A stretch of DNA of 64,000 nt from positions 61,657-125,656 of the forward strand of contig JBBRUX010000004.1 of NCBI GenBank assembly GCA_038247415.1, read 5' to 3'. A model generated the notes under the pieces. The model worked only from the letters and a program-made list of their open reading frames with translations. It was not told the DNA's origin and did not search any database. Each line of letters begins with the position of its first letter. Position 1 is the first letter of the stretch. The position numbers and the translations under genes were made by a program. Positions 28,655 through 39,073 of the stretch are shown piece after piece. The DNA is from Chitinivibrionales bacterium (lineage in GTDB: Bacteria > Fibrobacterota > Chitinivibrionia > Chitinivibrionales > WJKA01).

Positions 28655-29626
28655 ATGAATACGATTACCAGCCCGTTTACCTTAGGTATTGTTGGGTTCA
28701 TGCTTGCAAGCGCAAACATCGCTTTTTGCCAAACAAGTATATCAAACGACATGAACGCTGCACAGACAACTAAAAGCGATAGCACTCAGAAAAACAGTGC
28801 AGATAGCATGCAAGTACTTCCAACAAGTCAAGATGCAATCCAATCAGAAGAAACAGAACCGCCTCTTTTGACGCGCAGAACACTTTCAATCCAGACAAAT
28901 AAAGATACCTTGCTCGTTTTAACCAATGCGTCATTTAAGGATATTATTGATAAAGCAACCAATCGTGTTCGTGACTCCCGAACTCGCGGAATTGGCGGAG
29001 GTGCGGGATTTTCATCGGCTCTTGTGTGGCTGGATATGACCCCAGTCAACGAAATGCTCAAACAAACCGATCTCGACACAATGGGAATACTTTTTCCTAA
29101 AGGCTCTACACCCATTACTCTTTTTGGCGGAATGGGCTATGGGGGCCTGGGCAATGGCATTCGCGTTGGCGGAATAGGCTTTGGCGGTTCAAAATTATAT
29201 ACGACCCGTAAAAGCGATACCACCTATACCATTTCAACGGGAATTGGATATGGCGGGCTTCTTATTGAGCGTGCCTTGGTAGTGCACCAATTCAATTTAC
29301 TTTTAGGGGGGATCGTTGGTGCTGGGGGAATTGGAGTATCACTTAACAAGCAACAATCTCGTTATTCGTTTGGATCACAACCATCAGACATACAATACGG
29401 AATAGGTGCTGGTGGGGGTGCAGGCGCGGGCTTTTTCCTAGCCGAATTGCATTGTGGATTTACCTATTCTATTGTGTCATGGCTTCACATCGGCGGAGTA
29501 GGGGCGGCGCTTGGCATGTTTTCTTCCAATGGATTTATGAAAGCGGATGGCACAAGTTTTGGATCTGGATTTATTACTATTAACCCATCGGCCCAATTGC
29601 GCATAGTGCTTGGAAATATTAGTTAA
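28655..29626 (+). CDS. Secreted Gly-rich beta-barrel-like protein, paralog 3
   Basis: GAGG RBS and ATG at 28655; signal peptide; RGIGGGAG, GGMGYGGLGNGIRVGGIG, GGLLIERA and NPSAQLRIVLGN. Confidence 0.75.
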   Translation: MNTITSPFTLGIVGFMLASANIAFCQTSISNDMNAAQTTKSDSTQKNSADSMQVLPTSQDAIQSEETEPPLLTRRTLSIQTNKDTLLVLTNASFKDIIDKATNRVRDSRTRGIGGGAGFSSALVWLDMTPVNEMLKQTDLDTMGILFPKGSTPITLFGGMGYGGLGNGIRVGGIGFGGSKLYTTRKSDTTYTISTGIGYGGLLIERALVVHQFNLLLGGIVGAGGIGVSLNKQQSRYSFGSQPSDIQYGIGAGGGAGAGFFLAELHCGFTYSIVSWLHIGGVGAALGMFSSNGFMKADGTSFGSGFITINPSAQLRIVLGNIS

Positions 29627-29638
29627 TTTTATTTACCT

Positions 29639-30163
29639 ATGGTTAACCAGCTTAAAGATGGCGTTGTCGGTCTTGCGCTCTTCCTTTCTCAATGGCTTTC
29701 AGCCGGCGGACAGGTTCCGGCTATTACTTTGGCCCATATTCAAGCTTCAGAAAAAGGTATATATATTACTACGTCAATTTCAATTACCGTAAAAGAACAG
29801 CTCAATGATCTTCTCGATGCAGGCATTCCAATAAGGCTACGGATGCAAGCATCCTCAGATGCCGGAGACACCCTAACGCTTCTGAGAACGCTCTCGTGCA
29901 ATATTTCAGATTACACCTATACCATTATAGACTCCTCGGTCAACATGAAACCTGCATACCGGGCTGTCTCAAAACGATACACACAGGCACTGGTTGCATT
30001 CAAGGATTATGTCCGTTTCGAAGCAATGGTCTCCCCAACGTCGCGCACGATTCATTTCGAGGCAATGCTTCTTCCGAGTAAAGCTTCTCAACTCAACCGC
30101 AGCGTTGACATGTCATCGTTACTTGGCTTTCAGAAAATTAGCAAAACATTTACATTACGGTAA
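29639..30163 (+). CDS. DUF4390-like periplasmic protein
   Basis: Signal peptide and L.DLLDAGIPI motif; sits directly before an NtrY-like kinase, as DUF4390 usually does. Confidence 0.55.
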   Translation: MVNQLKDGVVGLALFLSQWLSAGGQVPAITLAHIQASEKGIYITTSISITVKEQLNDLLDAGIPIRLRMQASSDAGDTLTLLRTLSCNISDYTYTIIDSSVNMKPAYRAVSKRYTQALVAFKDYVRFEAMVSPTSRTIHFEAMLLPSKASQLNRSVDMSSLLGFQKISKTFTLR

Positions 30164-30166
30164 TAT

Positions 30167-31345
30167 ATGAAATTCTTACAACAACTCGAACTCGAACATA
30201 AAATCCTCTTTGTGGCGATTCTCTTATCTATTTCCTTTGTCTGGCCCGTACAAAACTTCTTTATCAATCGGATGTCTGCAACTCTTGGGCAAAGCATCGA
30301 CCCCGGCCTTGAGCCACTTCTGAGAACCTCTCTGCTCACCTCTTCGCCCCACGATTCTATAGCCTATATTCATCGCATCGAGCGTGCGTTGCAATGGAAG
30401 GCCCTTATCCCCATTATTGTTAACGAATTAAGATCTGCTCTTATTATTTTTTCTGTTCTTGCTTTTGTGATACTCTTTTTGGTTGCTTATTACGCCTTGC
30501 GCAGTCTTACAAGACCCATAAAAAATCTTGCTTCTGCAGTCACCCGCATTGGTAAAGGAGACTCTGCTCTTCTTACCAAAACATCAGGTGGATCGCTTGG
30601 GATTCTCGAAAGAACTGTTATTGACCTCGAATCTGAACTTATACTGTTGCGAGAAAAAACGCGTATTGCGGGCATGGAAAGTGCCTGGCAAGATATTGCG
30701 TCTATCATGGCGCACGAAATTAAAAACCCCCTCACACCCATGCGCCTTACACTCGACAGACTCGAAGAAAAAGCACTGCACGGGGTTGGATTATCTGCCG
30801 ATGAAGTTTCTAAATATGCTCAACGTATCAATACTCAAATCGATGCTCTTGAGCGTTTAGTCAATCAATTTCGATCCTTTTCCAAAGAGCCAGAAGCACA
30901 CTGTGTCTCATTTGATGCCAGTGCGCGCATTGCACATGCGCTACAATCTCTCTCTGAAGCGTTGGTGATGACAACTACAGGAGCCGGGACAGCGTTTGCA
31001 GACCCTTATTTACTTGACCAGATAGTACTCAATATTGGCAAAAATGCCTTAGAAGCAGGTGCCACACACCTGCATATTAAGTGCACGATGAATAATTCCC
31101 ATATCACGATCACCTGCTCGGATAATGGTATAGGCATAGCGCACTACGATCTCGATCGGGTTTGGCTTCCGTATGTATCCCTCAAAAAAGGTGGTACAGG
31201 CCTGGGATTGCCCGTTGTGCGCAAACTTGTTGAAACCATGAATGGAACTATTTCTCTTGTGTCAAGCATTAATAAAGAAGATCATGGTACGCAGGTACTC
31301 TTTACACTTCCAAGCACTTTAGCTTCCAAGGACCAACACCCATGA
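30167..31345 (+). CDS. HAMP-domain sensor histidine kinase (NtrY-like)
   Basis: Two TM helices, HAMP, AWQDIASIMAHEIKNPLTP, NIGKNALEA, DNGIG and GTGLGL. Confidence 0.93.
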   Translation: MKFLQQLELEHKILFVAILLSISFVWPVQNFFINRMSATLGQSIDPGLEPLLRTSLLTSSPHDSIAYIHRIERALQWKALIPIIVNELRSALIIFSVLAFVILFLVAYYALRSLTRPIKNLASAVTRIGKGDSALLTKTSGGSLGILERTVIDLESELILLREKTRIAGMESAWQDIASIMAHEIKNPLTPMRLTLDRLEEKALHGVGLSADEVSKYAQRINTQIDALERLVNQFRSFSKEPEAHCVSFDASARIAHALQSLSEALVMTTTGAGTAFADPYLLDQIVLNIGKNALEAGATHLHIKCTMNNSHITITCSDNGIGIAHYDLDRVWLPYVSLKKGGTGLGLPVVRKLVETMNGTISLVSSINKEDHGTQVLFTLPSTLASKDQHP

Positions 31346-32709
31346 ATCCTTCACATATTCTCATCATTGATGATGAACCAGAAATACTTACGAGTCTTGC
31401 TGAAATTTTAGAAGATGAAGGCTACGAGGTACAAACCGCACCCTCGGCACAAAAAGGCCGCGAACTTATGTCCTCCGACATCACGCTGTGTATTCTTGAT
31501 GTTAGACTTAAAGCAGACGATGGGTTACTACTCCTTGCCGATTTCAAAAGAGATTTTCCGTCAATTCCAGTTATAATGATCTCTGGCCATGGGACCGTTT
31601 CCCTTACTGCAGAAGCCTTTAGGCTAGGCGCTCACGATTTCATGGAAAAGCCCCTTCGACTCATTCCTGTCAAGGTAAGCGTACGCAATGCCCTCGAATC
31701 GGTAAGTCTTAAAAATCGCGTAGTTGCTCAAACTAAATCGAGCAATCCTGTGCCCATCTATCAATCTGCTAGCATGAAAAAATTATATACTCAGGTGCAT
31801 AGACTCGCACCGTTAAAAGACCCTGTGGTTATTTTAGGACCATCGGGAAGTGGCAAAGAACTTGTTGCTCGAGCACTTCACATAGAGTCTGCGCGATGCA
31901 GTGGCCCTTTTATAACCACCAATGCTGCTTCAATGCCCATATCGCTTGCCGAAGATGAATTGTTTGGACACGAAAAAGGCGCCTTTACAGGGGCTACAGG
32001 TCGACGCATCGGGTGCATCGAAAGTGCCGATGGCGGCACTCTATTTTTTGACGAAATTGGTGATCTCGACCCACAGATTCAAGCCAAGCTCTTGCGTGTT
32101 CTTGAAAATGGAATTCTTACCAGAGTGGGAGGAACAACACCAATCCGCGTTGCCACGCGTATTATTGCGGCAACCCACAAAAACCTCGAAGACCTTGCCC
32201 AAAAAGGAATTTTTCGCCACGATCTCTGGTTCAGACTTTCTGCCTTTGTTATTCGAGTTCCAGCTCTTTCTGAGCACGCAGAAGACATACCTCATCTTGC
32301 CAGTGCATTTTGTGCTGCATGTTGCGCAGACATGCATATAACGCGCACGCTCTCAGATGATGCAATCGAGGCACTTTGTTCTCTTACCTGGCCGGGAAAC
32401 ATCCGAGAACTCAAACATACAATTACCAGAGCAGTTGTGTATTCAGACGAAACCATAATCTCTGCCAAAACTATTGCGGAGACTCTGCACAAAGGAAGCA
32501 CGATACCCCCGCGCGAGCCTTCCGAGCATACAAATCTTTTCGCCCTTGATTTCCGATCGGCACGGGACACTTTCGAACGCGACTACCTGCAAAACTCATT
32601 AGCAAAGCACAACAATAATATCACGGCTGCTGCTGCTGCCATTGGGATGGCGCAGAGTAATTTGAGCAGAAAGCTTAAGGAGCTTGGTTTACGCGATACG
32701 CCAGAATAA
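31342..32709 (+). CDS. Sigma-54-dependent response regulator (NtrX/NtrC-like)
   Basis: REC domain (IIDDE, LDV, ISGHG), GPSGSGKE, intact [18 protein letters not shown] and a Fis-type HTH. Confidence 0.95.
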   Translation: MNPSHILIIDDEPEILTSLAEILEDEGYEVQTAPSAQKGRELMSSDITLCILDVRLKADDGLLLLADFKRDFPSIPVIMISGHGTVSLTAEAFRLGAHDFMEKPLRLIPVKVSVRNALESVSLKNRVVAQTKSSNPVPIYQSASMKKLYTQVHRLAPLKDPVVILGPSGSGKELVARALHIESARCSGPFITTNAASMPISLAEDELFGHEKGAFTGATGRRIGCIESADGGTLFFDEIGDLDPQIQAKLLRVLENGILTRVGGTTPIRVATRIIAATHKNLEDLAQKGIFRHDLWFRLSAFVIRVPALSEHAEDIPHLASAFCAACCADMHITRTLSDDAIEALCSLTWPGNIRELKHTITRAVVYSDETIISAKTIAETLHKGSTIPPREPSEHTNLFALDFRSARDTFERDYLQNSLAKHNNNITAAAAAIGMAQSNLSRKLKELGLRDTPE

Positions 32710-32717
32710 GAACGCGG

Positions 32718-33629
32718 CTATTTTTGAAATTCGATTTCTGTGATTGCAGATTGTTCTAGCACTGCAGACTTAGGGCCTTTAACAACAAGCGGGCCATTCA
32801 TCTTTTCGCCAAGAGCGCCTAAACGTGCAACTACGGCAGATACCGTTTGATCGGCAGTGGAAATGGTGGCAACAACCTTTACGCGAGGTGAAATGCTTCG
32901 AAAACCAGTAAATTCATTATTTGTATCTACTTTTTTGCGTTCGACAAGTGCTGTATACCAGCGATAATCAACAACCGTATCATTAAGCTCAAACATACCA
33001 CCTTTAACAGCTACCACTTTTTTTGAAATATGTCCAAGATACTCCTGGTCACTTCCCTGCCGTAAATATGGCCTGCTGATATTTATCGATACCAAAGTAT
33101 TATCGGGTAAATTGGTACTTCCCGTTACCAAAATGCGATGCGGCGAAGGTTTTTTTGCAACAAGCGACACATCGTATTCAATTGCCTGTTGTTTTTGTAA
33201 AGTATCGATAGCTTTACTTGCCACCACCACAGGCGTGAGATCGAGATACCGTGTTCCTTTAAGAGAAAACTGCTGAAGTGAAAAATTTTGGATACCTGCA
33301 GGAGTAAATCGTGCAATTGCATAGGAAGAACCCTCTAAATTCATATCCTTCAGGAATATAAAAACAGTAAATTCGCCCCACATCACATTCTTATCACGCC
33401 AAATTGCTTCGCTTACTGCTCGAAGCGATTGCTCTGAAGGAATAGAATCGGTAGCCACAATAACCTGATTAAGCGCATTGAGGCCACCGGCAGTCGTCAT
33501 TACCTCGCGATGAGCGATCTGATAGGCAAGCATAGTCTCTTGAGCACTGCTAGCGCTAGTGCTAATAATCATCACCCAAGCCCACAAAACAACTCTATTT
33601 CGAAGCATTTTAAAAAAATGCACAATCAC
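32718..33629 (-). CDS. Hypothetical exported protein
   Basis: 303-aa ORF with signal-peptide-like N-terminus and beta-rich C-terminal half (GSTNLPDNT). Confidence 0.7.
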   Translation of the reverse strand: MIVHFFKMLRNRVVLWAWVMIISTSASSAQETMLAYQIAHREVMTTAGGLNALNQVIVATDSIPSEQSLRAVSEAIWRDKNVMWGEFTVFIFLKDMNLEGSSYAIARFTPAGIQNFSLQQFSLKGTRYLDLTPVVVASKAIDTLQKQQAIEYDVSLVAKKPSPHRILVTGSTNLPDNTLVSINISRPYLRQGSDQEYLGHISKKVVAVKGGMFELNDTVVDYRWYTALVERKKVDTNNEFTGFRSISPRVKVVATISTADQTVSAVVARLGALGEKMNGPLVVKGPKSAVLEQSAITEIEFQK

Positions 33630-33690
33630 GTAAGATCCTCCTCAAGATAGTCGATATCAAATAGTACTGTTTTTTCTGGAAAGTATCAAT

Positions 33691-33730
33691 AAAGAAAAAG
33701 GGCGATACCTCATATGAGGTATCGCCCTTT
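33691..33730 (-). terminator. Intrinsic terminator of the fab-rnc-acyl-CoA dehydrogenase transcript
   Basis: Perfect 34-bp palindrome AAAGGGCGATACCTCAT|ATGAGGTATCGCCCTTT (33697-33730) with a T-tract on the minus strand. Confidence 0.8.
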
Positions 33731-33756
33731 ATTTATAAACAAGGAGGTTTAAGCTA

Positions 33757-34911
33757 TCAGGTTGCAGCTTCTTTAATAAGCTGCAATGCAATTTCATTGC
33801 GTTGTATCTGATTGGTACCTTCATAGATCTGGGTAATTTTAGCATCGCGCATGCGCTTTTCCATAGGATATTCGCGCATATAGCCATATCCGCCCATTAC
33901 CTGAAGTGCATCTACGGTAACCTTCATCGCAACATCAGAGCAAAAGAGCTTGCTCATGGCTGATTCACGAGCAAACTTCTTTGCGCCAGCATCGATCATG
34001 CGCGCTGTAGCATACAAGAGTGCTCGAGCAGCTTCAATTTCGGTAGCCATATCAGCGAGCATGTGCTGAACAGCCTGGAATGACGAAATCGCTTCGCCAA
34101 ATTGTACACGTTGACGCGAGTATGCAACCGCATCGTTAAGCGCTCCTGTAGCAATACCCAGCGCCTGTGAACCTACACCAGGGCGTGAATAGTTAAGTGT
34201 ATTAATTGCTACAATCGAACCCATTCCCTCTTTTGACAAAAGGTTTTCCTTGGGGATTTTGCAGTCCTGAAAAACAAGTTCTGTGGTAGAAGAAGCTCTT
34301 ATTCCCATTTTGTCCTCGTGTTTACCAAAAGAAAACCCAGGGGTTCCTTTTTCTACAATAAAGGCTGTAATACCACGAGCGCCTTTAGCAATGTTTGTTT
34401 TTGCAAGCACGGTATAAATTTCTGCATTTTCACCATTGGTGATCCATTGCTTGGTACCATTGAGGACATAATAATCGCCTTCGAGACGCGCGGTTGTTTT
34501 CATACCAAGAGCATCGGAACCGGCATTAGCCTCGGTAAGACCAAAAGCAGCAAGTTTTTTTCCGCTGGCAATAGGCGGTAGATATTTTTTCTTTTGTTCT
34601 TCGGTACCAAAAAGAAGAATTGGGAAAGTTCCCAATGCGGTTGCTGCCATAGCAAGAGAAATACCACCGCACACCTTAGAAAGTTCTTCTACTGCCAAGC
34701 ACAATTCAAATACCCCACCACCCATACCACCATACGCCTCGGGGATATACAAGCCACACAAATCTGCTTCTCCCATTGCCTTGACAACATCCCATGGAAA
34801 AATACCATCGCGATCGTAATGTTCACGAACGGGAAGTATTTTCTTTTGAGCAAGTTCGCGAGCGGTATCCACAATCATCTGCTGTTCTTCTGTCAGAAAA
34901 TAATTCATCAT
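33757..34911 (-). CDS. Acyl-CoA dehydrogenase
   Basis: FGLTEANAGSDA, LNGTKQWITNG, KMGIRAS, RVQFG, GGYGYMREY and QIYEGTNQIQ motifs. Confidence 0.96.
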   Translation of the reverse strand: MMNYFLTEEQQMIVDTARELAQKKILPVREHYDRDGIFPWDVVKAMGEADLCGLYIPEAYGGMGGGVFELCLAVEELSKVCGGISLAMAATALGTFPILLFGTEEQKKKYLPPIASGKKLAAFGLTEANAGSDALGMKTTARLEGDYYVLNGTKQWITNGENAEIYTVLAKTNIAKGARGITAFIVEKGTPGFSFGKHEDKMGIRASSTTELVFQDCKIPKENLLSKEGMGSIVAINTLNYSRPGVGSQALGIATGALNDAVAYSRQRVQFGEAISSFQAVQHMLADMATEIEAARALLYATARMIDAGAKKFARESAMSKLFCSDVAMKVTVDALQVMGGYGYMREYPMEKRMRDAKITQIYEGTNQIQRNEIALQLIKEAAT

Positions 34912-34914
34912 GAG

Positions 34915-35703
34915 CTACTCCTTTGATTGACTTTCGGTAATATATGATTTGTCGTAATTATTAAGCGCTTCCATGGCTGCATGCTGTTCGGCAAGCTTTT
35001 TACTGGGACCTGTTCCAACCCCAAGCTCACAACCACCAACCAAAATTCGTACAGTAAAGTGTTTCGCATGCTCAGGCCCTTCGGTTGCTACAATCGCATA
35101 CCGGGGAGTACCAAACCCATCGCTCTGAGCTAATTCCAAAATAGTACTTTTATAATTAGTATTGCGCGCTTCCTGACTCAGCGCTTCTATACGATCGAGT
35201 AACCGGGGCTGCAAAAAAGCTTTTGCAGCACAAAATCCGCCATCAAGAAAAATTGCGCCGCATACTGCTTCAAAAGCATTTGACACTATGGTATCTTTAC
35301 CTTTACCCAAAACTTCACGTTCGCCGGTTCCAAGATACAAATAAGAATCGAGCGAAAGTTCATGACCCAGCTCACCAAGAATTTTTCTACTAACGGCAAG
35401 CGATTTTATTTTTGTCAGGTGACCTTCGTTTTCCTGCGGAAATCGATGATATAAATACTCTGTTACACAGCTATTGATAATCGAATCCCCAAGAAATTCG
35501 AGCCGCTCATTTGATTGCAACCCTTTGCGGTCTTCGATGGGAATGACCGATTTATGGGTAAGCGAATGCGTAAGAAAACTAGGATTTGTAAATTGATAGT
35601 TTATAGCACGCTGCAATGAATCGAGCTTACTATCGGATTGCTTGGGAGTTGCCCCAGAAAACAGGCGCGCGAAAAATTCGCGCGCTCTATCAAACACCCT
35701 CAT
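34915..35703 (-). CDS. rnc: Ribonuclease III
   Basis: LTHKS, NERLEFLGDS, AFEAVCGAIFLDGG and C-terminal dsRBD; start overlaps the end of fabF. Confidence 0.95.
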   Translation of the reverse strand: MRVFDRAREFFARLFSGATPKQSDSKLDSLQRAINYQFTNPSFLTHSLTHKSVIPIEDRKGLQSNERLEFLGDSIINSCVTEYLYHRFPQENEGHLTKIKSLAVSRKILGELGHELSLDSYLYLGTGEREVLGKGKDTIVSNAFEAVCGAIFLDGGFCAAKAFLQPRLLDRIEALSQEARNTNYKSTILELAQSDGFGTPRYAIVATEGPEHAKHFTVRILVGGCELGVGTGPSKKLAEQHAAMEALNNYDKSYITESQSKE

Positions 35704-36934
35704 ATTTCTTGACGACAAGCGACGCATTATGTCCGCCAAATCCAAATGAATTGCTCATAGCATACAAAAGCGTCTTTTTAACAGCTTCATTTGGCGTATA
35801 ATTAAGAAAACATTCAGGATCGGGGTCTTCGTAATTAATAGTAGGTGGAATAATATCATTTTGAATTGCAAGTACAGAAGCAATAAACTCAACACCACCC
35901 GAAGCACCAAGTAAATGCCCTGTCATTGATTTGGTAGAGCTGATATTGACCTGCTTTGCGTATTCGCCAAAAACCGACATAATAGATTGAGTTTCATATT
36001 TGTCGTTGATTGGTGTAGAAGTACCATGTGCGTTGATATAATCGATGTCTGTTGGTTGAACTCCTGCAGATGATAGAGCCATTTTCATGGAACGTGCAGC
36101 GCCCTCGCCTTCGGGAGCGGGATGCGAAATATGATAGGCATCGCCTGTTGCACCATAGCCTACTAATTCGGCATAAATGGTTGCTCCGCGAGCTTTGGCA
36201 TGCTCAAGCTCTTCGATGACCACAACACCCGCACCTTCACCCATCACAAAGCCATCGCGCTTTTTATCGAACGGAGAACAAGCTTTTCCCAATGCTTCGT
36301 TACGCGTTGACAATGCTTTCATATTACCAAAGCCAGAGAGTGCCACAGGAGTGATGGTAGATTCGGTACCGCCTGTTACAGCAACATCCATCATACCAGC
36401 TTTAATATGGATATAAGCATCGCCGATAGCATGAGATCCAGATGCGCATGCGCTCACAACAGAGTAGTTTGGTCCTTTAAGGCCGTGCGCAATTGAAACT
36501 CTGCCAGAAGCCATATCAGAGATCATCATAGGAATGAGAAAGGGAGAAACGCGACTTGGGCCACGAGCAAGCAGTTTTGCATGCTCGGTTTCGAGACTTT
36601 TAAGTCCGCCGATACCGGAACCAATTACAACGCCAATTTTTTCGAGATCTTCTTTGGTCAGATCGAGGCGTGAATGTTTAATAGCTTCGTCGGCTGCGGC
36701 TACTGCAAAAAGAATAAATCGATCTGTTCGTTGTGCTTCTTTGGCATCGATGAGGTTGCCGATCTCGAAATCTTTAACTTCAGCTGCTATATGTGTTGTA
36801 TAGGCTGAGGTATCGAAAGCGGTAATGACGTCTATACCAGAAACTCCATTAACAATCGATTTCCAAAATGCATCAACTGTTTTGCCAATTGGGGTTATAG
36901 CACCCATCCCTGTAATAACGACTCTTCGCGACAT
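35690..36934 (-). CDS. fabF: 3-oxoacyl-ACP synthase II
   Basis: RRVVITGMG, SACASG, INAHGTST, KSMTGHLLG and NSFGFGGHN motifs. Confidence 0.97.
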   Translation of the reverse strand: MSRRVVITGMGAITPIGKTVDAFWKSIVNGVSGIDVITAFDTSAYTTHIAAEVKDFEIGNLIDAKEAQRTDRFILFAVAAADEAIKHSRLDLTKEDLEKIGVVIGSGIGGLKSLETEHAKLLARGPSRVSPFLIPMMISDMASGRVSIAHGLKGPNYSVVSACASGSHAIGDAYIHIKAGMMDVAVTGGTESTITPVALSGFGNMKALSTRNEALGKACSPFDKKRDGFVMGEGAGVVVIEELEHAKARGATIYAELVGYGATGDAYHISHPAPEGEGAARSMKMALSSAGVQPTDIDYINAHGTSTPINDKYETQSIMSVFGEYAKQVNISSTKSMTGHLLGASGGVEFIASVLAIQNDIIPPTINYEDPDPECFLNYTPNEAVKKTLLYAMSNSFGFGGHNASLVVKKYEGV

Positions 36935-36981
36935 GGGCAAAAAATCCTTCTGCTTAGAACGTGAAAGAAAAGGATGCGATC

Positions 36982-37007
36982 GCACTGGCAGAAATATCTG
37001 CCAGTGC
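36982..37007 (-). terminator. Hairpin 3' of acpP (partial terminator or stabiliser)
   Basis: GCACTGGCAGA-AATA-TCTGCCAGTGC, 10 nt past the acpP stop. Confidence 0.6.
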
Positions 37008-37016
37008 TAAATCTTT

Positions 37017-37250
37017 TTAGAGTTTTGCATTCAAGTAGGTAAGCGCATCCTGAACTGTTTTGAGCTTTTCGGCATCTTCGTCTGGAATTTCAACATCAAA
37101 TTCATCTTCGAAAGCCATGATGAGTTCAACCTGATCCAATGAATCAGCACCAAGATCATCAACGAATGCAGCAGTAGGAACAACCTTATCTTCAGCAACA
37201 CCCAATTTTTCGGCTACAATCTGTTTCACTTTCGCTTCGCGATCGCTCAT
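37017..37250 (-). CDS. acpP: Acyl carrier protein
   Basis: [21 protein letters not shown] phosphopantetheine site. Confidence 0.98.
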   Translation of the reverse strand: MSDREAKVKQIVAEKLGVAEDKVVPTAAFVDDLGADSLDQVELIMAFEDEFDVEIPDEDAEKLKTVQDALTYLNAKL

Positions 37251-37308
37251 GAGAGACTCCTTTCAAGAGAGTAAAATAATAAGACGTTATAAAATGATTC
37301 TTTGCACA

Positions 37309-38052
37309 TTAGATCGCAAATCCACCATCAACATGCAAAACCTGTCCGGTGACATAATCGGCTAGTGGAGATGCCAGAAAAAGAACTGCATTTGCAACAT
37401 CGGCGGGTTGACCCATTTTCTGCATGGGAATTGCCGTAGCCAATTTTGAGCGCTCAGCTTCAGGGATTTTATCGGTCATTGCGGTTTGAATGAATCCCGG
37501 AGCAATTGCATTAACCGTCAAGCCTCTGCTTGCAACTTCACGCGCAAGGGACTTTGTAAGGCCTATCATTCCGGCTTTTGAAGCAGAATAATTTACCTGA
37601 CCAGCATTGCCAACAACCCCTACGATTGAGGCGATATTGATAATTTTTCCGCCATTAGTTTTTAGCATAGGTCGAACAACTTCTTTGCAGAACAAAAATG
37701 CACTTTTAAGATTTATGGATAGTACCAAATCCCAATCGGCTTCTTTCATACGCATAATTAAACTATCGCGTGTGATACCAGCATTATTTACGAGGACATC
37801 GATCTGCCCAAATTTTGCAACAAACGCAGCAATCGTTGCAGTTACATCATCGGCATGTGCTACATCGGCTTTAAGAGCCAGCGACACACGACCAAGAGCT
37901 GCGATGTCTGCCGCAGTCTGCTCTGCAGCTGTAAGATCGATATCGCACACACCAATATCTGCACCAGCTTTTGCAAGTGTGAGCGCAATTTCTCGGCCTA
38001 TTCCACGGCCAGCACCTGTGATGAGAGCTTTTTTCCCCGTTAGTGAAATCAT
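37309..38052 (-). CDS. fabG: 3-oxoacyl-ACP reductase
   Basis: TGAGRGIG, NNAGITRD, YSASK and fab-cluster context. Confidence 0.97.
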   Translation of the reverse strand: MISLTGKKALITGAGRGIGREIALTLAKAGADIGVCDIDLTAAEQTAADIAALGRVSLALKADVAHADDVTATIAAFVAKFGQIDVLVNNAGITRDSLIMRMKEADWDLVLSINLKSAFLFCKEVVRPMLKTNGGKIINIASIVGVVGNAGQVNYSASKAGMIGLTKSLAREVASRGLTVNAIAPGFIQTAMTDKIPEAERSKLATAIPMQKMGQPADVANAVLFLASPLADYVTGQVLHVDGGFAI

Positions 38053-38075
38053 ATAACCACCTTTGCTAAAAAAAC

Positions 38076-38990
38076 TTACTTAACTGCTTCGATCTGTTCT
38101 TTTTTGCCACACAGGCTAATTGACAAATCGGGGTTGATTTTCTTGGCAAGTCCCGAAACAACATTGCCAGGACCTACTTCAAAACAACGTGTTACAGAAT
38201 GGGTAGCAAGATGCCGAATCGAATCGACCCACCGAACCGAGGAGACAAGCTGTTTTGTAAGGAGGCTTTTAAGAAGAACCGGATCGGTTTCTACCGAAGC
38301 AGTAACATTGGTTATCACGCCACAGCGAGGCGCAGAAAAAGAAACTGTAGCTAAAAATTCGCCAAACGAATGAGCAGCATCTTGCATAAGAGGAGAGTGA
38401 AAAGCACCACTCACCGGCAAAGGTAATGCGCGTTTTGCGCCTGCAGCCTTAAGCAATTCGCATGCTTGGTTTACAGCTGCAACTTCGCCCGATATCACCG
38501 TTTGCTCTGGTGTATTCTCGTTGGCACACACAACAATTCCGGCTGTTACGGTAGCAAGTACCTGCGCAATCTGGTCTTTTGATAAACCAATTATTGCAGC
38601 CATGGCACCAGGTTTTTCTTTTCCGGCTAAGGCCATGAGTTCCCCCCGTTTAGCAACTAGGCGAAGCCCGTCGGCAAACGAAAAAACACCCGCAGCATAT
38701 AATGCCGCATATTCGCCCAGGGAGTGCCCCATTGTTAATGTCGGGACAATTCCTTTGTCAACTAAAAGATCCTGAGCAACAGCCTCAACCAAAAAGAGTG
38801 CTGGTTGCGTATTCTGGGTTGCTTTGAGCTCATCTTCTGGTCCTTCAAAGCAAATTTTGGCAATATCTCTACCAAGGATTTCGTTGGCTTGAGCAAAGCG
38901 ATTTCGAGCCGACTCAAAGCCCGCAAACAAATCTGCACCCATGCCAATTGCCTGAGCACCTTGTCCAGGAAACATGAAAACTGTAGACAT
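38076..38990 (-). CDS. fabD: Malonyl-CoA:ACP transacylase
   Basis: FPGQGAQ, GHSLGEY and VSGAFHS motifs. Confidence 0.97.
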   Translation of the reverse strand: MSTVFMFPGQGAQAIGMGADLFAGFESARNRFAQANEILGRDIAKICFEGPEDELKATQNTQPALFLVEAVAQDLLVDKGIVPTLTMGHSLGEYAALYAAGVFSFADGLRLVAKRGELMALAGKEKPGAMAAIIGLSKDQIAQVLATVTAGIVVCANENTPEQTVISGEVAAVNQACELLKAAGAKRALPLPVSGAFHSPLMQDAAHSFGEFLATVSFSAPRCGVITNVTASVETDPVLLKSLLTKQLVSSVRWVDSIRHLATHSVTRCFEVGPGNVVSGLAKKINPDLSISLCGKKEQIEAVK

Positions 38991-39073
38991 AGTAAACCTC
39001 CGTCATAAAAGTGCGCAAGACCTCGATAGGCTTACACAACATTAATAATCTAGTACATCATTAAACTTTAAAC

